A stretch of DNA of 64,000 bases from an uncultured bacterium (GTDB taxonomy: Bacteria > Planctomycetota > UBA8108 > UBA1146): positions 42,987 to 106,986 of the forward strand of contig CALJGL010000023.1 of assembly GCA_938075155.1 (NCBI GenBank), written 5' to 3'. Under the pieces are notes generated by a model that saw nothing but the letters and a program-made list of their open reading frames with translations, had not been told where the DNA came from and searched no databases. Below, piece by piece: positions 28,798 to 37,500 of the stretch (position 1 is the stretch's first letter; each line of letters opens with the position of its first letter). A program made the position numbers and the translations under genes.

Positions 28798-29057
28798 AGC
28801 GGACTAATAATGGACTCCGAGGTCGATGACCTCTTTATTGAGGTCATCTGGAAGAATACGTGGCCCCTTTTGATTTCAGACTTGAGGTCGTATAATAGGG
28901 GTAGCCCGGTGTTAAATACTTTTGCCGACGGTTGGACTGTTAGGTTTCGTTCCTGAGTTGGATCTGATGGGGACTTGATAATAAGTTTCCCAAAAAAGAG
29001 TGCCATCTGAGGTGCAGTCTTTCCAGAGGTCTTATCACGATCATGAATGAGTCTTTC

Positions 29058-29091
29058 TTCGTCATCGTTCCTAGTTCGTCATCGTTCCTAG
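29058..29091. repeat. Direct tandem duplication of a 17-nt unit in the upstream region of the 29105 gene
   Basis: ttcgtcatcgttcctag repeated twice head to tail. Confidence 0.7.
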
Positions 29092-29104
29092 CAGGATTGG
29101 CCCA

Positions 29105-31558
29105 TTGGTTTTGATCCAGAAATATTACTCTTCAAACTCATATTTGAAGTCCCTACTCATTTTAGGAATCTGCGTAGTTTCCCTCAGCTCTCCATTCGTC
29201 GGAGGACACGAGGAAGATCTGAAAGCACGAAACGTACTTCCTCCTTACAACGGGTCTGGATACAGAAGAGATGCTGGAGGGGTTCAACCCTTTGGTCCCG
29301 TCGGGGGAACTTCCAATGGAGTGGAATTACTCTCTTGGGTCACCCTCCCGGAGATGCAGGCGGGAATTTCCAATGGAAACGATTGCTGGGGGCATACGTC
29401 CGCTTCTGGACGCGAATATGCCCTGATGGCGCATTCTTCGGGGACCACTGTGATTGAGGTCACCAATCCCGGGAACGCTGTGGTGATCGATACCGTCGCT
29501 GGCCCTACAAGTCTGTGGCGCGACGTGAAAAGTTTCTCCACATTCGCTTATTCAGTGAGTGAAGGGGGTTCAGGGATCCAAGTGATCGACCTGACCGATA
29601 TTGATAATGGAGTCGTCTCTCTTGCTGGAACGATCAATGACGTGGGTTCAGCAGCGACTCACAATGTCGCTATCGATGAAGAGAGTGGATTTCTCTACCG
29701 CTGTGGTGGCGGTGGAAACGGCCTCAGGATTTATAGTCTCGCAGACCCCGGGAATCCAGTTTTCGTGGGAAGTTGGGGCGAGAGGTATGTGCATGATGTT
29801 CAAGTGAAAAGAATCTTGAATACGACCACGCAGATAGAGCGAGAGATCGCATTTGCTTGTTCCGGCAACAATCCTGCCGTTCTTGATATTGTAGATGTGA
29901 CCGACAAGGCGAATCCTATCGTGCTTTCCTCGACGCCATATGGAGGATCTCAGTATTCTCATCAAGGCTGGGTGTCAGAAGATAATAAGTTTTTCTACCT
30001 TGGGGATGAACTCGATGAAAATGGTTCTCAGGGGACGAAGACATACGTTTTTGATGTCAGGGTGTTGGGGTCTCCAAGCTTGGTGACGGAATACATCAGT
30101 GACAATCCATCCATAAATCACAATATGTACACTCTTGGAAATCGAATCTTCCAAGCGAACTACAGGAGTGGATTAAGAATTCTAGACGATACGAATCCAC
30201 TCAATATCACCGAGGTCGGATTCTTTGATACTGTCCCCGAGGATGACAACGCAGACTTCAGTGGCCTTTGGAGTTGTTATCCCTACTTTCCGAGTGGCAT
30301 TGTTATCGGGAGTGATATGCAAAAAGGCCTGTATGTATGGAGCATTCAGCCGGTTCCATTTGTCTTCGGATATCCTGCAGGAATTCCTGATTTGGTGAAT
30401 CCCGCTGGAGATACCCTCATCGTTGAGATCAATGCACAGACAGGGTTTTCAGTCGATAGTTCGACTCCCAGTCTCTGGGTCGATAATGGTGCAGGTTTCG
30501 TTTCCTCTAGCATGGTAGAGATCTCACCTGGAATCTTTGAAGGAAATTTCCCGCCTTCGACGTGTGGCTCGGAAATTCGTTGGTATGTATCTGCGGCTGC
30601 TTTGACGGGCGAAATTCAGTTTGATCCGCCGTCCTCTCCAGCAGGCTTCTTTGCAGCGACTTCCGGATCGGGATTGAATACTCTCATCAGTGAAGACATG
30701 GAAATCGATAACGGCTGGCAAGTGGGGCTTCCCTCGGATGATGCGACGACAGGGATCTGGACCCTTGGAGACCCTAACGGTACCGTCGCACAACCCGAGG
30801 ACGATAACTCTCAGGTGGGCAGTTTCTGTTGGTTTACCGGACAGGCTGCAGCGGGTTCAGGGGCCGGAACAAACGATATCGACGGAGGAACGACGACTCT
30901 TACTTCTCCGGTCTTCGATCTCTCTACGGCTACTGATCCTCAAATCTCTTACTTCCTTTGGTATTCCAACACTTCAGGAGCAAGTCCTTCAGCAGATGTT
31001 TTCCGTACGGAGATCAGTTCGGATGGGGGCGCAACATGGGCTCTTCTTGAAGAAGTTGGGCCTTCTGGACCGAATACAGCCGGAGGCTGGATACAGCGGC
31101 AGTTTAATCTCTCCGCATTTATTACGCTGACAAGTTCTGTCCAAGTTCGATTCATCGCTTCTGATCTGGGCTCACCTTCTGTGGTGGAAGCTGCGATCGA
31201 CGATCTCGTGATTTCTGACCTAGATTGTAATGATTGCAATGGTAACGGAGTGAATGACGCTACAGACATCGCCGCTGGGACGAGTGCAGACTCTAATGGA
31301 GATGGCATTCCCGATGAGTGTCAATGCACCCCCTTTATTCGTGGTGAATTGAATGATGATGGAGAAGTAGATATCTCGGATGCCATTCAGATATTGTTAC
31401 AACTCTTTAGCGGATCGCCTTCTCCCCAACCGGTGGAGAGAGCGGACGTGAACAGCTCTGGCAGCGTTGACATCGCAGACGCCGTTTACCTTGTGCAGTA
31501 TTTATTCCAAGGAGGAACGCCTCCCGGTTTCCCATTCCCAGTTGCGGACTGTAACTGA
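29105..31558 (+). CDS. Secreted LVIVD-repeat beta-propeller protein with a C-terminal dockerin-like module
   Basis: Signal peptide. LVIVD-like repeats (IQVIDLTD, GLRIYSLADPGNP, VLDIVDVTD). C-terminus GELNDDGEVDISDAIQILLQLF...ADVNSSGSVDIADAVYLVQYLFQGGTPPGFPFPVADCN. Confidence 0.75.
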   Translation: MVLIQKYYSSNSYLKSLLILGICVVSLSSPFVGGHEEDLKARNVLPPYNGSGYRRDAGGVQPFGPVGGTSNGVELLSWVTLPEMQAGISNGNDCWGHTSASGREYALMAHSSGTTVIEVTNPGNAVVIDTVAGPTSLWRDVKSFSTFAYSVSEGGSGIQVIDLTDIDNGVVSLAGTINDVGSAATHNVAIDEESGFLYRCGGGGNGLRIYSLADPGNPVFVGSWGERYVHDVQVKRILNTTTQIEREIAFACSGNNPAVLDIVDVTDKANPIVLSSTPYGGSQYSHQGWVSEDNKFFYLGDELDENGSQGTKTYVFDVRVLGSPSLVTEYISDNPSINHNMYTLGNRIFQANYRSGLRILDDTNPLNITEVGFFDTVPEDDNADFSGLWSCYPYFPSGIVIGSDMQKGLYVWSIQPVPFVFGYPAGIPDLVNPAGDTLIVEINAQTGFSVDSSTPSLWVDNGAGFVSSSMVEISPGIFEGNFPPSTCGSEIRWYVSAAALTGEIQFDPPSSPAGFFAATSGSGLNTLISEDMEIDNGWQVGLPSDDATTGIWTLGDPNGTVAQPEDDNSQVGSFCWFTGQAAAGSGAGTNDIDGGTTTLTSPVFDLSTATDPQISYFLWYSNTSGASPSADVFRTEISSDGGATWALLEEVGPSGPNTAGGWIQRQFNLSAFITLTSSVQVRFIASDLGSPSVVEAAIDDLVISDLDCNDCNGNGVNDATDIAAGTSADSNGDGIPDECQCTPFIRGELNDDGEVDISDAIQILLQLFSGSPSPQPVERADVNSSGSVDIADAVYLVQYLFQGGTPPGFPFPVADCN

Positions 31559-31623
31559 GGAGGATGAAATTGTTTGACGTGACTGTTTGAGCAATCATCT
31601 CATACAGTTCCGTTAAATAGTTT

Positions 31624-31684
31624 GGCAGTGGGGGCCGGCAGTGGGGTCGGCGCGTAATCTGGCGCGTAATCTGGCGAGTGATCT
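31624..31684. repeat. Short tandem repeats in a convergent intergenic region
   Basis: ggcagtgggg appears twice. ggcgcgtaatct appears twice, followed by ggcgagtgatct. Confidence 0.6.
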
Positions 31685-31749
31685 CCGTTGATACTCTCAG
31701 ATTCTATTGCAAGGGTCTCTTCTCTTACCGAACCCCGCCTTTGTTCTCT

Positions 31750-34059
31750 TTATTCGATGCGCAGGTCATCTATTCCTAATCGGATATCAAAGGGAGCGGT
31801 TCCGTCGGTCGTAAATACCCAATCGAGCATTCCTAGCGAGTTGAAGTTCAAGTTGGGATTGACGTTGAGGAAGTCTTCTAAAGGTATCGTCACGTCCAGA
31901 AACCGTTGATATTTCAGTGGCACAACTGGGCTCACTGAAATGGACTGTGGATGGTTTCCATTTTCAGGAAGATAGTTCATCAGGTTCAGAGTAGCTGTCT
32001 GAGCTGAAGAATCTCTGAGAGAGAGAGTTGCCGTAAAGTGCCACCCAATATTGTCGAGCCCCCCATGAACGTCATGATTCTTGATCCTGAACTTAAGGTT
32101 CTTCTGCGAACCCAATGACATGGGAGCGAAGATGAAGCCTAGGGGCATATTGATGCTCGAGTCTCCTTGAGGAGGCAGGATACAAATCAGGTTCGTGATC
32201 TCAGGGATAGGTTGAGGCAATGGGAAAGGCCAGTCGTAACAGGGTCCGGAATCGAAGAGAATCATATTCGTATGAGATATTTCGAACCCTTGCGAGTTGA
32301 TGGGGAACTGATCGAAGTTGTCGATTTCAAACACTCCCGAGAGGTTCCTTTTTGTTGCAACACTTTCGTATTGTGAACGTTGAGATTCTGTTCCGTAGAG
32401 CAAGCCTTCCATGCTGATGTCATCGAATGCGTACCTATTGAGGAAGGCCAGCATCCATTTACGGGTCAGATCGTGCTGAAGGCTGCGGGAAATGTATGGG
32501 CAAGAGTCTACGGCGGGTGATTGCGGAATCCACGTACATGTGCCGCACCCCAGACTTGAAGAATTGCTGCTATAGCCATGACAACCGCCGTAAATACAGA
32601 CTGCGGTGGTGGCTCCTACCATTCTCTCCAGAAGCCTCTCGGCATATGGGTAGATGACATCGGTGTCTTGTTCTGCTGTGATACTCAAAATTGGAACATC
32701 CGGAAGGGTTTGCCAACGAGTCGTATTTCCTATCCAAGAATCCTGTTTTGCATCTGTGGGTTGAAGAAGGATTAATCCTGGTGTGTTCGGTTCCAATTCA
32801 GCAGCGGTGACAGCGGCTGATGCACCACGGCTATGGCCGCCATAGAAAACCCTGTGCACATCGATAAGGTCAAAGAGGGGTGAAGTTGAATCTTGTGACA
32901 TCGCTTCAACGACTTCACGCGTTTTGAGGAGAACTCCTGCAGCGGCATCGTGTCCTCCCCAGCAGTACCAATCGGTGTAGACTTCGAAGGAAAAAGTGTT
33001 CCCTACGGAAACACAGATGACCCCATGCGTGGCCAGAAAGCCCAATAGACTGTCGTAATCGTCCCAATTGAACCCTGTTCCGTGGTGGAAGATAAGAATG
33101 GGAGCAGGGCCACTCAATCCTTCAGGAATGAGAATTCGAAGAGGCTTTAGGTCTGTGATTTGTGAGCTAAGTGGGGGTGAAGCGTTACAGCCCCAAAGTG
33201 GGTAGGGAGGGGGCCAGGGTAAATGATGAGTGAACTCAAAAAAGGTCTCGAGGACAGAGACAGAGTGCGGACCGGGTATGTTGAGATTGGGTGCTGGTTG
33301 TATTTGAGATTCTGAATCTTCAAAGGCAGCCAGTCTGCATTTGTAGAACACCAATTCAGCATTCGGAGCTTTAGCAAAAAGATTAAACTCGTGTATTCCA
33401 GGGGGGATATTTGTCGCGGAAAGAGTGCCCCAGCGAGTATCAAGACTCAGGTCACCCGGCAAATTGTCGCCGGGAACAATTCCGTACCCTGAATAAGTCA
33501 CAGATTCTGATATCACTCCGGTGCTATTTCCTGTCTCCCAACGAATCTCTGGATGACGAAACTGGGGTAACTGATCCAAATAGGGGAGGGATTCCCTGAA
33601 TGTGGAAAGGGTGAGTTGTCGGGTTTCTGTCACCTCTCCGAGGGAGCAAGGAGGTTCCATGCAGGTCAGCACTGTGGGGTTTAAATCGAAGTCGCAGTTG
33701 GGAAAAGGTGCTGGTAAAGCATTAGGAGAGCCAGTGAACACAAACCCGAGAAGGGTGATGACGTCATCTAATTGAAGAGAGCCATCGATATTAATATCGG
33801 CCGAGGCTTCGCAGGGGAGTCCTGTCCCTGAGCCAAAAATTTCTTCAAGCAAGAGAACGGGATCACTCAGGTCAATAAATTGGTCGCCATTGATATCACC
33901 CCGCAGGAATCCTTGAATGGGAGCCATTTGAGCTACACAGGTGGGAGACTCGGCTATCCATGCGCCGAGCAGAATGGTTACTAACCAGAAAATACGAATC
34001 CATGTGCCCATTGGGAGTCTCGCGCCTTTCCGTTTAGAGCGAACTTTAATGTCCATCAT
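31750..34059 (-). CDS. Secreted alpha/beta-hydrolase (GHSRG serine-hydrolase motif) with an N-terminal dockerin-like module
   Basis: Signal peptide. Residues about 40-130: RGDINGDQFIDLSDPVLLLEEIF...ADINIDGSLQLDDVITLLGFVFTGSPNALPAPFPNC. GxSxG-type motif GGHSRGASAAVTAAE. Confidence 0.7.
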   Translation of the reverse strand: MMDIKVRSKRKGARLPMGTWIRIFWLVTILLGAWIAESPTCVAQMAPIQGFLRGDINGDQFIDLSDPVLLLEEIFGSGTGLPCEASADINIDGSLQLDDVITLLGFVFTGSPNALPAPFPNCDFDLNPTVLTCMEPPCSLGEVTETRQLTLSTFRESLPYLDQLPQFRHPEIRWETGNSTGVISESVTYSGYGIVPGDNLPGDLSLDTRWGTLSATNIPPGIHEFNLFAKAPNAELVFYKCRLAAFEDSESQIQPAPNLNIPGPHSVSVLETFFEFTHHLPWPPPYPLWGCNASPPLSSQITDLKPLRILIPEGLSGPAPILIFHHGTGFNWDDYDSLLGFLATHGVICVSVGNTFSFEVYTDWYCWGGHDAAAGVLLKTREVVEAMSQDSTSPLFDLIDVHRVFYGGHSRGASAAVTAAELEPNTPGLILLQPTDAKQDSWIGNTTRWQTLPDVPILSITAEQDTDVIYPYAERLLERMVGATTAVCIYGGCHGYSSNSSSLGCGTCTWIPQSPAVDSCPYISRSLQHDLTRKWMLAFLNRYAFDDISMEGLLYGTESQRSQYESVATKRNLSGVFEIDNFDQFPINSQGFEISHTNMILFDSGPCYDWPFPLPQPIPEITNLICILPPQGDSSINMPLGFIFAPMSLGSQKNLKFRIKNHDVHGGLDNIGWHFTATLSLRDSSAQTATLNLMNYLPENGNHPQSISVSPVVPLKYQRFLDVTIPLEDFLNVNPNLNFNSLGMLDWVFTTDGTAPFDIRLGIDDLRIE

Positions 34060-34508
34060 ACCCCAATTTCTTCAATTCAACTTCAGTATTCAAATGCGGT
34101 AATATTTCAATGATCCATGCATTTGAATGTTTAACAATTGGGACTGGTTTATCCGTATAGGTGCCCGGAAATGCCTTCCTAGTGGCATTGGCCGCTTTTT
34201 TGTATGCCCGGAATATGCTTGAGTTGTCTTAATGTATTGTTAATATTGCGTTATTAGTCATTCGGTTTGTAGGGATATTGTAAGCCTGCATGTTAGTCGA
34301 TTGGGTGGCTGAAACGCATTGGCACAACGACGATAGCGGAGTTTCTACGACTCTGATTCGTCCTAAATTCCCCAACTTCGTTTGGGGAGAAATGGCTTCA
34401 GCGAGCCATCTGGGAGGAGACGAAATGTCAGATCTTCACATGAAGTCTGTACACACTGTTTCTAAGAGATTCGAATCCAAAGAATCTTGGCAGGGCAGTG
34501 ACGTCAAA

Positions 34509-37500
34509 ATGGTATTGCTCACATTATTCACGGTCTTTGTAATGGGCTACTGTAGCCCGGCGCTTGAGGCTCAATCAGATCCTGTCCCGCCGGCAGCTCC
34601 AACAAACCTCGAATGCATCGTTGAAGTGGCGCATTTGGAACTTTCTTGGACGAATACGGGCGAATACGATCAGATTCTGATTCGTCGTAACGGAGTCCTC
34701 CTAGAGTATCTCAATGGTTCTTCCACGAGTTACCTCGATATGGACGTCCCTGCCAATTTCCACCTTTATTCCGTTCATGGAATGACGACGGGTGCAAATG
34801 GTCAGGCTGAGGGTGTGGGAGCAGAGTGTTCTGTCTTCCTTATTCCGCCTCCCATCGAGCCAGGATTAGAAGTTCCTGCAGCGCTGAATTTCTTGCCCAT
34901 TCCCCTGCCCGACAATCTCTTCGACTTTATTGCTGATCCTGATATGGCGATTGCTTTGGGTAAGGCATTCTTCTGGGATATGCAGGCAGGATCTGATGAT
35001 CAAATCGCTTGTGCGACATGCCATTATCACGCCGGAGCTGACAACCGTAGAACTCATCAGTTGTACAACGGTCACAATGAAATTTTTGACCTGACTGTTG
35101 CAAACGAACGTCTTACTGCAACTGATTTCCCGCTCCATAAGCTGGCAAACCCGAATGATAATACGTCTGCTGTATTACAGAGTGTCGATGACACCATAGG
35201 GTCTTCAGGAATCTTGCATTCAAATTTCCTCTCTCTTACAGAGGACGCCAATGGAGTTGTTGGTGAAGAAATCGTCAGTATTGAAAATGCAGATAGCATC
35301 AAGGTCAATTCAGACGGTACGCAGGTACAAATGCGTAATGTCACAGACAGGAACGCTCCCTCTGTGATCAACTCCATCTACTTCCTTGAGACCTTCTGGG
35401 ATGGAAGAGCGTCTTTCTGGTTCAACGGAAGAGACAACTGGGGTCCGAGAAACCCCGATGCCTTTGTCTACAAGGTTCAGCCAGGTGGAACAGTGACTCA
35501 GGAAAAAATTCTGCTCGATAAAGCCTCATTGGCTTCTCAGGCTGCTGGTCCGATTCTGAGTGGCAACGAAATGTCTGCCCATGGACGAGACCTTCTTAAG
35601 GTTGGCAAAAAGTTGCTGAGCAGAGAGCCTTTGGCGACTCAAACAGTACACCCTAATGATAGTGTTCTCGGAGGAATGAGTGACGCTACAGACGGAAAAG
35701 GACTCGGTGAGACGACCTATCAGGAATTGATTCAATCTGCTTTTGTGACATCCTGGTGGGCGAGTGATCAGCTCTTCGGACCTGATCTTCAGCCTCTTAC
35801 AGATGTCGATGGAAACCTTCTCACTGGTGTTCCCAATGGCGTTGATCAGTTTTCAATGATGGAAGTCAACTTCTCCCTCTTCTGGGGATTGTCCATCATG
35901 ATGTATGAGTCCACCCTAGTTTCGGAAGACTCTCCTTACGACCGTTGGTGGAGAGCTACGAGAAATCCCGCGGATCCAAATGGCGACATTAATGCTCTCA
36001 GTTCTTTGGAGCATGAGGGAATGTCTGTCCTCGCCGGTTCAACCTGCATGTTCTGTCATACGACCTCTCTTTGGTCCAGTGCTGGAACCAGCAAGATTTT
36101 AACCGTACTCGAGCCAGAGGCTTCAGAGATCGAAGCTCTATTAGAGCGCATGCCGATGAGGGATATGCAACTTTCGGTCTATGATGGCGGATTCTACAAC
36201 CTTGGAGTGACTCCAACAGTTGAAGATATTGGTCGTGGTGGTATTGATCCATTCGGGCATAGTTTCTCGATTGTGAGAACGTTCCAAGAGAAAGCAAATA
36301 TTCCCAACTTGGATGATGACGGAGACGGCATTCCAAACGGAGCTGACCCCGATTTCATTGCTCATGATTTTCAGCCGTTTGCTGATCATGTTCTAGTTGT
36401 CACTCCTCCTCCTGCTCCTTGGGAAGATACGAACATGGATGGCATGTTCAAGACTCCCTCATTGCGAAACGTTGAGTTGACGGGACCATACTTCCACAAC
36501 GGAGGTGCTGGAACCCTTGAGCAAGTGGTGAACTTCTATGCACGCGGAGGAAACTTCGTTGACACAAACCTCGATACATTAGCTCCTGAAATGATCCCGC
36601 AGCCATTCCTCTCTATTAATGAGCAGAGGAAGTTGGCCATGGTGGCATTCATGGAATCACTGACAGATGACAGGGTTCGTTGGGAAAAAGCTCCTTTCGA
36701 TCACCCTGAAATCAGAGTTCCAGAAGGCGCGCTCGCGAGTGATCTCAATGGAGATGTGATCGCCGGCACGAATACCGTGGCTATCGATCGATTCAAGACA
36801 GTTCCTGCAGTAGGTGCTGAAGGTCGAAGTGTAGAGACTGATTCTGCCGGTCGTCCTCTTGATCCTCTGGTGAAGTTTCTTCAGCCAAGGACTGTCAAGG
36901 ATCTCTCATGCGTTCAGACTGGAGAATCGGTAACGATGTCTTGGCTTCCGCAGGAGTTCCCCAACGACGCTTCAACAAGTTTTAAGATTCTAAGAAACAA
37001 TCAAGTCGTTGCAGTTCTGCCCGAAACGGCAGCAAGCTTCACTGACGATTCGATTCCTCCGGGTGAGCATCAGTACACCGTTCGAGGTGAAGACGCCCAT
37101 GAAGGTTTCAATGCACATTGCACGGTCCTGGTGAACCCACCAGCACCTGTTGATCTGTCCTCGAATGTGAACGTGAATCAGGTGAGTTTGCAGTGGACAA
37201 ACCCCTGGCCTTACCACTCCATCGATATTTTCCGCGATGGCGTAAAAGTGGGTGATCAGTTAGCCGGTACTACTGAGATCTTTGTTGATGGCGGCGTGCC
37301 TGCTGGTCATCACTCCTACGAAGTTGTCGGAAGAATTCTGTCGATCGTTTCGGGTAATCTCATCTTCAGTGAACCTGCAATCGTTGGAGCCGACCGTCAT
37401 CCTCTCGCTGCACAAATCTTGGGCTGTACTTCAGTCGCAATGGGACAGAATGAGGTGACTTGGGGTAATACGGAGCCCTATGACTCACTGCGTTTGCTTC

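Noticed and set aside
28823-28846. 9-bp inverted repeat gatgacctc-tttatt-gaggtcatc downstream of the cytochrome c peroxidase gene, a possible terminator
   Set aside because: There is no T-run after the stem. It could be a weak or factor-dependent terminator or a protein-binding palindrome, but evidence is insufficient to call it a feature.
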